A DNA stretch of 46,794 nt from Candidatus Limnocylindrales bacterium (GTDB lineage: Bacteria; Chloroflexota; Limnocylindria; Limnocylindrales; CSP1-4). The position numbers and the translations under genes are program-made. Shown in pieces: positions 18,177 through 25,741 of this stretch. Position 1 is the first letter of the stretch. Each line of letters begins with the position of its first letter. Below the pieces are notes generated by a model. The model saw only the letters and a program-made list of their open reading frames with translations. It was not told the DNA's origin and ran no database searches. The stretch covers positions 1 to 46,794 of the forward strand of contig DASSHR010000322.1 in the NCBI GenBank assembly GCA_035692745.1, read 5' to 3'.

Positions 18177-19765
18177 GTCGTGCTCGGCGGGAGCACCGCG
18201 ACCAGCAGCCAGCGCTCGCCCGTCGCCCGCCGGACCGCGAACACCTCGTCGAACGGCGCCTCGGTCGTGGAAACCACCACCCCGGCGGCATCCCGGGTCT
18301 GGTCGGTCCGCGTGCCGGTCATGCGGAAGCCGAGGCTGAAGCCGTCCTGCTTCCCGAACGGGACGAGCAGCGAGACCGTCCCGGCGTCGAAGTCGTAGGT
18401 GGTGAGCACGGTCTGCCCGCTGGCATGGGCGTCGAGCAGTCGCTGCGTCATCTCGGCCAGGCGATCGCCGTGGTCGGCGACCGCGAGCAGCGAGCGATCG
18501 TCGTGCAGGAGCGCCTCGTTCTCGATCGCCAGGTTCTGCGCCAGGGTGATGAGGATGGCGTTGATGCCCGGGCCGGCGAACGACGGATCGAAATCGGTCA
18601 CGTCCTGGCCGACGGTGACCGGTGGCAGGGTCGATGGGTCGACCTGGCCGGGCAGCCGGTTCAGCACCTCCGCCGACACCGGCAGGGTCACGCCCCGGGC
18701 CGGCGTGCCGGCGACCACGATGCCGGTGCCCAGGATCGCCAGCGCCACGACGGCGGCCACGCCCGCGACACCGCGCCGCCCGGCGCTGGCGGCGGGATCG
18801 CCGCCGGTCGCGAGGCGGTCGGCGAAGGCTCGGAGCCGGTCGGCGGCCGATTTCGGCTCCGGCAGGACGCGCTCGAGGAGCGGTCGGGTCGCGCAGACCA
18901 CGACGAGACCGGAGAGCAGCCCGACCTTCGCCCCGAACTCGGTCGTCTGCGGCGCGATCAGGATCGTGCTGACCACCGCGACGAGGAAGCCGAACACGAC
19001 CCGTCCGACCCGGCCGCCGGGCACGGTCTTGGGATCCGTGATCATGAAGAACAGGAAGATCAGGATCTCCGGCGACGTCACGATCGAGCGCCAGAAGTCG
19101 ACGCCGCACACGGGTGCGAACGACCAGCGCGTGACCATGCAGTGCCCGGACGCGGCGAGCAGCCCGAGGCCCACCGCGAGGGTCCCCCAGAACGTCGCGG
19201 CGAGGATCAGCAGGTGCAGCCGCCGCGTGATCAGCACGCCGCCGACGAGGATTACCCCGTAGGCGAGGAGCATCGCCGGGTTGGTGATCGGCGCCCACCA
19301 GAAATCGAGCGGCTCCACTCGTGTCGAGCCAAGGATCACGAAGGTCAGCACGAGGCCCAGGTTGGCCGGGTTGAAGACGTGGGAGCCGCGGTAGCGGATG
19401 ACGTACTTCGAGAGGAGCGAGAGGCCGGCCACGCCGGCGAAGAGCCACCAGGCGTACGTGGTCCAGTGGTCCCCGGGCGCCGTCCCGACGACGCGCATGA
19501 TCAGGGCCACGGCGCTGCCGGTGAGCATCGCGCTCGCGGGCCACACGAAGGACTTCGTCTGCCAGAAGGTGATGCCCACCTCCAGCAGCCAGCAGATGCC
19601 GATCGCGGCGACGATCTGCGGCACGCTGACCCAGAAGCCCAGGCCCACCTGGCCGAGCAGGTGCACCGTGAGGACGACGATCGCGACGTGCAATCGCGGA
19701 TCGCGCACGTTCGGAAGGACGAGCGGATAGCTCCCCTGCCCGATGGTGACGGTCCGCGCGGTCAT
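18173..19765 (-). CDS. RnfD/NqrB-like polytopic membrane protein with extra TM helix and ~190-aa C-terminal extracytoplasmic-looking domain
   Basis: 530-aa clean ORF. Blocks SHVFNPANLGLV and FFMITDPKTVP resemble the FNPA and MxTDP blocks of the NQR2/RnfD/RnfE family. After about residue 330 there is the TM helix GVAGVAAVVALAILGTGIVVAG and then a soluble domain. A TATGAT -10-like hexamer (plus 19774-19779) lies 8 nt before the ATG. Confidence 0.65.
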   Translation of the reverse strand: MTARTVTIGQGSYPLVLPNVRDPRLHVAIVVLTVHLLGQVGLGFWVSVPQIVAAIGICWLLEVGITFWQTKSFVWPASAMLTGSAVALIMRVVGTAPGDHWTTYAWWLFAGVAGLSLLSKYVIRYRGSHVFNPANLGLVLTFVILGSTRVEPLDFWWAPITNPAMLLAYGVILVGGVLITRRLHLLILAATFWGTLAVGLGLLAASGHCMVTRWSFAPVCGVDFWRSIVTSPEILIFLFFMITDPKTVPGGRVGRVVFGFLVAVVSTILIAPQTTEFGAKVGLLSGLVVVCATRPLLERVLPEPKSAADRLRAFADRLATGGDPAASAGRRGVAGVAAVVALAILGTGIVVAGTPARGVTLPVSAEVLNRLPGQVDPSTLPPVTVGQDVTDFDPSFAGPGINAILITLAQNLAIENEALLHDDRSLLAVADHGDRLAEMTQRLLDAHASGQTVLTTYDFDAGTVSLLVPFGKQDGFSLGFRMTGTRTDQTRDAAGVVVSTTEAPFDEVFAVRRATGERWLLVAVLPPSTT

Positions 19766-19784
19766 GGTCGGGCATCATAGGTGC

Positions 19785-20417
19785 ATGGCACGTGACGAAG
19801 AACGAGTCGAGCGGGCTGGGCAGGCGCCGATCGTGGGCGGCCTCCCGGAGGTGCCCGGCATCGGGGTGGCGATGCGCCTGACGCCCGGTCTGGGCGTGCA
19901 TCTCCGGGGCCTCGCCGACGAGGTGCTGGTCCACGACTTCCCCGGGGCGACGCTCCGCCGCGACCAGCGCGAGCTGCTCGCGACCGCGGTCTCGGCCGCG
20001 AACGACTGCTTCTTCTGCATGGATTCCCACGGCGCCTTCGTGGCCGCGCTCCTGGAGAAATCCGGCGCGCAGGAGCTCCTGCCGTTGATCGACGTCGCGA
20101 AGGCCGGCTCGTCCGAGGGCTTCGACGCGAAGATGCAGGCGCTGCTGCACATCGCCCGCACCGTCCGCCGCGACGCGCTGGCGCTGACGGAGGCCGACGT
20201 CGCGGCGGCCCACCACGCCGGGGCCACGGAGGCGGACGTCCAGCTCGCGGTGCTCATCGCCTCGGCGTTCTCGATGTACAACCGGCTGGTCGACGGCTTC
20301 CGGGCCCGCACCGCGCCCACGCCGGACGCCTATCGCGAGCGGGCGGCCGAGATCGCCGACAACGGCTACAGCGCGCCGTCGGCGCTGCCTGCGGCGCCCG
20401 GACCGCCTCGACCCTAG
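19785..20417 (+). CDS. Carboxymuconolactone decarboxylase / AhpD-like peroxidase-related protein
   Basis: ORF 19743..20417 trimmed to ATG 19785. It has the CxxCxxxH redox motif NDCFFCMDSH typical of AhpD/CMD-family proteins. Confidence 0.75.
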   Translation: MARDEERVERAGQAPIVGGLPEVPGIGVAMRLTPGLGVHLRGLADEVLVHDFPGATLRRDQRELLATAVSAANDCFFCMDSHGAFVAALLEKSGAQELLPLIDVAKAGSSEGFDAKMQALLHIARTVRRDALALTEADVAAAHHAGATEADVQLAVLIASAFSMYNRLVDGFRARTAPTPDAYRERAAEIADNGYSAPSALPAAPGPPRP

Positions 20418-20481
20418 GAAGCCCGCGCCGGGGCGGCGCGCTCTCAGGCAGTTCGAAGAATTGGGCGCCAACCTGCGGGTC

Positions 20482-20850
20482 ATGAACGAATCCGCCCGAG
20501 CCACCACCGCGCGAGAGCGTGACCGCGCCCTTCGTCGACTCCGTTCGATCACCACGGGCACGGCCGTCGTCGCGACGATGGCAACGGCCGGGTTCGGCAC
20601 GCTCGCCGCGTTCACGTGGTCGGGCGCGTCCACCGACGCGACCGCCGAGCAGGACGACACGGGCACGGTCACGACCGACACCACGATCACCACCGGCGTC
20701 GTCGGCGGCGACGAGGACGCCGACATGCTGCCCGACGCCGAGGCACCAGCGACCGCGGCGCCACAGACCGCGGCGCCACTCCAGCCGACGCCCACGCCGA
20801 TCGCGACCACGAAGCACAAGAGCCGCGTCACGAGCGGAGGCTCCGGGTGA
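20482..20850 (+). CDS. Small single-pass membrane protein with low-complexity Thr/Asp and Pro/Ala tail (no recognisable domain)
   Basis: ATG 20482 (MNESARATTARERD...), TM helix ITTGTAVVATMATAGFGTLAAF, C-terminus ...KHKSRVTSGGSG. Its TGA overlaps the GTG of apbE (GTGA 20847-20850), which argues that it is translated. Confidence 0.5.
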   Translation: MNESARATTARERDRALRRLRSITTGTAVVATMATAGFGTLAAFTWSGASTDATAEQDDTGTVTTDTTITTGVVGGDEDADMLPDAEAPATAAPQTAAPLQPTPTPIATTKHKSRVTSGGSG

Positions 20851-21791
20851 TCCGCTGGCGCGCGCTGGGCACGCATGTCGACCTGCTCGTCCATCGCGGC
20901 GACGCCCGCGTTGCACGCGCCGCGGTCGAGGCCGTCCTGGCGGACGTCGACCGGACATACAGCCGCTTTCGACCGGACAGCGAGCTCGTCGCACTCAACG
21001 CACGAGCCGGCACGACCGTTGAGCTGAGCCCGCTGCTCGCCCGCGCGATCGGGGTCGCAATCCGAGCCGCACGCCAGACCGACGGCCTGTGCGATCCCAC
21101 GATCGGGCGTGCGCTGCTGCGCATCGGCTACGACGCCGACTTCGCCGCGATCGCGGCGAGCAGCGCACCGATCGAGCTGCGCATGGAGCGCGTCGCCGGC
21201 TGGCGGTCCCTCCGGTTCGACGAGGCGGCGCGGACGTTGCGGGCGCCGGCCGGCGTGGCGATCGACCTCGGCTCGACCGGCAAGGCGCTTGCGGCCGATC
21301 TCGCGGCGGAGGCCGCCGTCGCGGCGATGGGTCGGGGCGGGGTGCTCGTCAGCCTGGGTGGCGACCTCGCCGTCGCCGGCGACGTGCCCGCGGACGGCTG
21401 GCCGGTCCTCGCCGCCGATGATTCGACGGCGCCAGCACGCCGCGGTGGCGAGGTCATCGCGATCCGGGACGGGGCCATCGCCACGTCGAGCACGACCGTT
21501 CGAACCTGGCGCCGCGCCTCGGTCGTCGTCCATCACCTCATCGATCCGCGCACCGGAATCCCGGCGCGCAGCCCGTGGCGGACCGTTTCGGTTGCCGCGG
21601 CCACCTGCGTCGATGCGAACGCCGCGGCCACGGCCGGGCTCATCCGGGGCACGGACGCGCCGGGCTGGCTCGAGGGCCTCGGCTTGGCGGCCCGACTCGT
21701 CACGCTCGAGGGCGAGATCGTGCGCGTCGGCGGCTGGCCGATGCCGGCATCCGCCGCGCCCGCGCCGACCTCCGCAGGACGTGCCGCGTGA
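20847..21791 (+). CDS. apbE: FAD:protein FMN transferase (ApbE family), no signal peptide visible
   Basis: Real part of ORF 20616..21791 from GTG 20847 (VIRWRALGTHVDLLV...). Blocks: RFRPDSELVALN, DPTIG, DLGSTGKALAADL, SLGGDLAV, TSSTTVRTW, HHLIDPRTG. Confidence 0.85.
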   Translation: MIRWRALGTHVDLLVHRGDARVARAAVEAVLADVDRTYSRFRPDSELVALNARAGTTVELSPLLARAIGVAIRAARQTDGLCDPTIGRALLRIGYDADFAAIAASSAPIELRMERVAGWRSLRFDEAARTLRAPAGVAIDLGSTGKALAADLAAEAAVAAMGRGGVLVSLGGDLAVAGDVPADGWPVLAADDSTAPARRGGEVIAIRDGAIATSSTTVRTWRRASVVVHHLIDPRTGIPARSPWRTVSVAAATCVDANAAATAGLIRGTDAPGWLEGLGLAARLVTLEGEIVRVGGWPMPASAAPAPTSAGRAA

Positions 21792-22372
21792 GCACCCAGC
21801 TGCTGTGGTTCGCGACGCGCGGCTCGGGCATCGTGTCGATGCTCCTGTTCAGCTTCGTCGTGGTCCTCGGCATCCTGACCACGATGCGCTGGCAGGCCTC
21901 CGGCTGGCCGCGCTTCCTCACCGCCGAGCTGCACCGGACCATCTCGCTGCTCTCGGTCGCGTTCATCGTCGCCCACATCGTCACGTCGATCCTCGACCCG
22001 TTCGCGAAGCTCGGCATCGAGGCGGCAATCATTCCCTTCGCGTCGTCGTACCGGCCGCTGTGGGTCGGGCTCGGGGTCCTGTCGATGGACATCGGGATCG
22101 CGCTGCTCGTGACCTCCCTGCTCAAGGCGCGGGTCGGCCAGCGCGCCTGGCGCGCCGTGCACTGGCTCGCCTATGCCGCGTGGCCGCTCGCGATCCTGCA
22201 CACGATCGGCTCCGGCAGCGACGGCGGGGCGAGCTGGATGTTCGCCATCGACGTCGTGTGCATCGGGTCGGTGTGCCTCGCGTTGATCTGGCGGATCCTC
22301 GCCGCGCGCGGCCCGAACACCGCCCTCCTCGAAGCGGTCGCGGATGGCGCTCGCGGGGCGGGCCGGCCATGA
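21788..22372 (+). CDS. Ferric-reductase-like transmembrane (dihaem b) domain protein
   Basis: GTG 21788 overlaps the apbE stop (GTGA). It has six predicted TM segments. The bis-His pairs H-x13-H (ELHRTISLLSVAFIVAH) and H-x12-H (AVHWLAYAAWPLAILH) match FRD/NOX/MsrQ-type domains. Confidence 0.8.
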   Translation: MSTQLLWFATRGSGIVSMLLFSFVVVLGILTTMRWQASGWPRFLTAELHRTISLLSVAFIVAHIVTSILDPFAKLGIEAAIIPFASSYRPLWVGLGVLSMDIGIALLVTSLLKARVGQRAWRAVHWLAYAAWPLAILHTIGSGSDGGASWMFAIDVVCIGSVCLALIWRILAARGPNTALLEAVADGARGAGRP

Positions 22373-22385
22373 GCGGCGGCCACCC

Positions 22386-23663
22386 GTGAGCGCCGTCCGT
22401 GTCCTGGCGGGGCCGCCGCTCGAGCGGGGCGCCGAGTCGTACCTCGAGCACGTCGCGCGGCTCGGCCCGCTGCCGCTGTCGCAGGCGCAACGCACGTTGA
22501 TCCCCGAGCTCGAGGCGAGCGGCCTGCTCGGCCGCGGTGGCGCGGGCTTTCCGGTCGGTCGGAAGTGGCGGTCGGTCGCGGAGCGAGCGCACGGACGGGG
22601 CGCGGTCGTGCTCGTCAATGGGGCCGAAGGCGAGCCGCTGTCCCACAAGGACCGCACGATCCTTGCCCTGCGCCCGAACCTCGTCCTCGATGGCGCGCAG
22701 CTTGCGGCCGAGGCCATCGGCGCGAACGAGATCGTGCTGTACGTCGGCGAGACCGCCGAGGCGGCCACCGATGCCCTCCAGCGCGCCGGCGCGGAACGTC
22801 GGGCGGCGGGCGCGGGCTCGAGGGTGCCGATTCGCATCGCCCGTGCGCCCGACCGCTACGTGGCCGGCGAGGAATCGGCCGCGGTCCGCTTCGTCAACGA
22901 GGGTGACGCACGACCCGTGACCACGCCGCCCCGGCCGTTCGAGCGCGGCGTCGCCGGCCTGCCCACCCTCGTGCAGAACGTCGAGAGCCTCGCGCACGCT
23001 GCCCTCATCGCGCGCAGCGGCGCGGACTGGTATCGCGCCGTCGGCGAGGGCGACGCGCGCGGCACGGCGCTCGTCACGGTCACGGCGCCGGGCGGCAGGC
23101 CGGTGGTTCGTGAGGTCGAGCTGGGTCGCACCATTGGGGAGGTCGCGCGGCTCGACGCGGCACGTCCCGGCGACGGCACGTCGGCGGCGACCGCCTCGGA
23201 TACCCAGGCGGTGCTGCTCGGCGGCTACTTCGGGCGCTGGATCGATGCCGGCACGGCGTGGGGCCTGCCGCTCAACCCGGACATCCTGCGACAGCACGGC
23301 CTGTCGATGGGCGCCGGCGTCGTCGCATTCCTGTCGACGTCGACGTGCCCGATCGTGGCGACCGCCCGCATCGCCGAGTACCTGGCGGCGCAGAGTGCGG
23401 CGCAATGCGGCCCGTGCGTGTTCGGGCTGCGGGCGATCGCGGACGCGGTGACCCGCCTCGCACGGCTCGAGGCACACCGGGAGGACTGGGCGAACGTCGA
23501 GCGCTGGGCCGCCCAGGTGAAGAACCGCGGCGCGTGCCGGCATCCGGACGGGGCGGTGGGTTTGCTCGAAAGCGCGCTCGTGACGTTCGAGGGCGAGCTG
23601 GAGCGGCACTGGCATCGGCGCGGCTGCTCCTTCTCGGCCGGCGTCCGCAGCCGGGCTGCGTGA
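22386..23663 (+). CDS. NuoF-like NAD(P)H-oxidising flavo-iron-sulfur protein (stand-alone)
   Basis: ORF 22344..23663; start GTG 22386 (alt ATG 22344 would overlap the FRD gene). Blocks: GRGGAGFPVGRKW, NGAEGEPLSHKDR. Cys ligands: QCGPCVFG and GACRHPDG. Confidence 0.8.
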   Translation: MSAVRVLAGPPLERGAESYLEHVARLGPLPLSQAQRTLIPELEASGLLGRGGAGFPVGRKWRSVAERAHGRGAVVLVNGAEGEPLSHKDRTILALRPNLVLDGAQLAAEAIGANEIVLYVGETAEAATDALQRAGAERRAAGAGSRVPIRIARAPDRYVAGEESAAVRFVNEGDARPVTTPPRPFERGVAGLPTLVQNVESLAHAALIARSGADWYRAVGEGDARGTALVTVTAPGGRPVVREVELGRTIGEVARLDAARPGDGTSAATASDTQAVLLGGYFGRWIDAGTAWGLPLNPDILRQHGLSMGAGVVAFLSTSTCPIVATARIAEYLAAQSAAQCGPCVFGLRAIADAVTRLARLEAHREDWANVERWAAQVKNRGACRHPDGAVGLLESALVTFEGELERHWHRRGCSFSAGVRSRAA

Positions 23664-23920
23664 TGGCGACGTCGACGAAGACGCAGATGCCGCCGGCGCA
23701 CGGCAGGCCGCTGGCGCAGGGCGAGACCCGCCTCGAGGTGGATCGCATCCTGTGCGACGGCTATGGCATGTGCGCGGAGCTGCTGCCCGAGCTCATCGAC
23801 CTCGACGACTGGGGCTACCCGATCGTCCACTCGCACGTGCCACGGCAGCTCGAACGGGTTGCCCGCCGGGCGGTCGACGTGTGCCCCGTGCTCGCCCTCC
23901 GGTTGCGATCCGGCCGCTGA
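23663..23920 (+). CDS. Single-cluster ferredoxin (C-x5-C...CP type)
   Basis: ATG 23663 overlaps the preceding TGA (TGATG). Sequence: ILCDGYGMCAELLPELIDLDDWGYP...VDVCPVLAL. Confidence 0.8.
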   Translation: MATSTKTQMPPAHGRPLAQGETRLEVDRILCDGYGMCAELLPELIDLDDWGYPIVHSHVPRQLERVARRAVDVCPVLALRLRSGR

Positions 23921-23972
23921 TCGGCGGCCACCCGCATGGCGCGATCCGCCGGTCCTTGGCAGGATTCAACCC

Positions 23973-25370
23973 ATGACGACGACGAATTCCACGCTCCAGG
24001 ACCAGCTGCGAACGCTTCGATCCACGATCGCCGGCCGTGTCATCGAGCCCGCTGACGTCGAGTACGACCAGGCCCGCCAGGTGATGCTGGGCGGCATCGA
24101 CCGCCATCCCGCGGCGATCGTGCGCGTCGCCGACGTCGACGACGTCCGGGCGGTGATCGCCCTCGCCCGCGAGACAGGCGCCGAGCTGGCGGTGCGCAGC
24201 GGCGGCCACAGCGCCAAGGGCGACAGCACGACCGAGGGTGGCATCGTGCTCGACCTGCACGACCTGCGGGCGATCGACATCGATGCCGAGGCCCGCACCG
24301 GCTGGTTCGAGACCGGCCTGAGCGCCGCCGACGTGTCGCAGGCAGCGGCCGCCCACGGGCTCGCGATCGGGTTCGGGGATACCGGCTCGGTCGGGATCGG
24401 CGGGATCACCACCGGTGGCGGCATCGGCTACCTCGTCCGCAAGTTCGGGATGACCATCGACAACGTCCTCGCCGCGGACGTCGTCACCGCCGACGGCCAG
24501 CTCCTGCGTGCCGATGCATCGACGAATCCGGACCTGTTCTGGGCGATCCGCGGCGGTGGTGGCAACTTCGGCGTGGTGGTCCGGTTCCAGTACCGGCTCG
24601 CCGAGCTGCCCGGGATCGTGGGCGGCATGCTCTTCCTGCCGGCCACCGCGGAGACCGTCGAACGGTTCGTCGCTCTCGCCGGCGAGGCGCCCGAGGAGCT
24701 GTCGACGATCGCGAACGTCATGCCCTGCCCGCCGATGCCGATGGTGGACCCGGCCTGGCACGGCAAGCTCGTGATCTTCGGGCTCCTGTGCTATGCGGGA
24801 CCGGCCGATGCCGGCAACGCAGCGCTGCAGCCGTTCCGCGACCTGGCGAAGCTCGGTGGCCTGGACGCCCCGATCGCCGACCTCGTGCGTCCGATGACCT
24901 ACCCGGAGATGTTCCCGCCCGAACAGGGTGACTACCACCCGCTCGCGGTCAGTCTCAACCTGTTCCTCGACCGGTTCGACACGGCGACTGCCGAGCAGGT
25001 GATGGCGCACCTCGAGGCCTCCGACGCGGAGATGCGAGCGGCGCAGATCCGGGTGCTCGGCGGGGCGATGGCGCGGGTGCCCGTGGATGCCACGGCCTTC
25101 GCCCACCGCCGGAGCCCGATCATGGTCCAGGTCGCGGTGTTCTACGCGGACGACGCTGATCGCGTCCGGCGGCTCGCGTGGGCGCAGGACTTCGTCGATG
25201 CGATCCGCCAGGACGACGATGGCGCGTACGTGGGGTTCGTCGGCGACGAGGGCGAGGAACGGGTCCACGCTGCCTATCCCGGCGCGACCTACCAGCACCT
25301 CGCCGAGGTCAAGCGCCGCTACGACCCGACCAACCTCTTCCGGCTGAACCAGAACATCCCGGCCGCCTGA
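23973..25370 (+). CDS. FAD-linked oxidase (FAD_binding_4 + BBE-like C-terminus)
   Basis: ORF 23763..25370 trimmed to ATG 23973 (MTTTNSTLQDQL...). Blocks: AELAVRSGGHS, GIGGITTGGGIGYL, DLFWAIRGGGGNFGVV, YDPTNLFRLNQNI. Confidence 0.85.
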   Translation: MTTTNSTLQDQLRTLRSTIAGRVIEPADVEYDQARQVMLGGIDRHPAAIVRVADVDDVRAVIALARETGAELAVRSGGHSAKGDSTTEGGIVLDLHDLRAIDIDAEARTGWFETGLSAADVSQAAAAHGLAIGFGDTGSVGIGGITTGGGIGYLVRKFGMTIDNVLAADVVTADGQLLRADASTNPDLFWAIRGGGGNFGVVVRFQYRLAELPGIVGGMLFLPATAETVERFVALAGEAPEELSTIANVMPCPPMPMVDPAWHGKLVIFGLLCYAGPADAGNAALQPFRDLAKLGGLDAPIADLVRPMTYPEMFPPEQGDYHPLAVSLNLFLDRFDTATAEQVMAHLEASDAEMRAAQIRVLGGAMARVPVDATAFAHRRSPIMVQVAVFYADDADRVRRLAWAQDFVDAIRQDDDGAYVGFVGDEGEERVHAAYPGATYQHLAEVKRRYDPTNLFRLNQNIPAA

Positions 25371-25381
25371 GGTCGCCCGCG

Positions 25382-25425
25382 CGACGCCGGCTCGACGCCG
25401 GCTCGACGCCGGCTCGACGCCGGCG
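25382..25425. repeat. Intergenic 11-bp x4 tandem repeat
   Basis: cgacgccggct x3 followed by cgacgccggcg. It lies between the FAD oxidase stop (25370) and the GlsB-family start. The unit length is not a multiple of 3. Confidence 0.85.
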
Positions 25426-25462
25426 CGGCGCCGCCGCCCGCATGGCGGCCGGGCGCGGCACA

Positions 25463-25741
25463 ATGCCCGGCATGCCCGGCTACGACCTCCTCGGCTGGAT
25501 CGTCATCGGCCTGCTCGCAGGCTCGATCTCGGGCTGGTTCGTGCGCGGCACCCACAGCGTGCAGGGCTGCCTGCCGACCATCGTCGTCGGGATCCTCGGC
25601 GCGATCGTGGGCGGCTGGATCGTGCGCAGCATCGGCAACGACCCGGCGCAGGGCTTCTTTGGGGCCTTGGTGTTCGCGATCATCGGCTCGGTGGTCGTGC
25701 GAATCGTGCTCCGGGCGATCGAGGGCGGCGGGCGCCGCTGA
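25463..25741 (+). CDS. GlsB/YeaQ/YmgE-family small membrane protein
   Basis: Tail of ORF 25178..25741; start ATG 25463 or 25472. Sequence: LLGWIVIGLLAGSISGWFV...VGILGAIVGGWIV...GALVFAIIGSVVV. Confidence 0.8.
   Translation: MPGMPGYDLLGWIVIGLLAGSISGWFVRGTHSVQGCLPTIVVGILGAIVGGWIVRSIGNDPAQGFFGALVFAIIGSVVVRIVLRAIEGGGRR

Noticed and set aside
20845-20850. Programmed -1 ribosomal frameshift fusing the small TM ORF to ApbE.
   Set aside because: There is no slippery heptamer (the sequence is C-CGG-GTG-A) and no obvious downstream stimulatory structure. The GTGA overlap is the same termination-reinitiation arrangement used at several other junctions in this window. A historical fission or an assembly indel remains possible and is listed under findings.
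17682-21536. 1284-aa ORF on the minus strand, the longest in the track.
   Set aside because: Its composition is extremely Arg/Pro/Gly/Ala-rich with no motifs. It is antisense or out of frame to five well-supported genes (CRTAC1-type, RnfD-like, AhpD-like, small TM, ApbE). This is a typical open-frame artefact of very GC-rich DNA.
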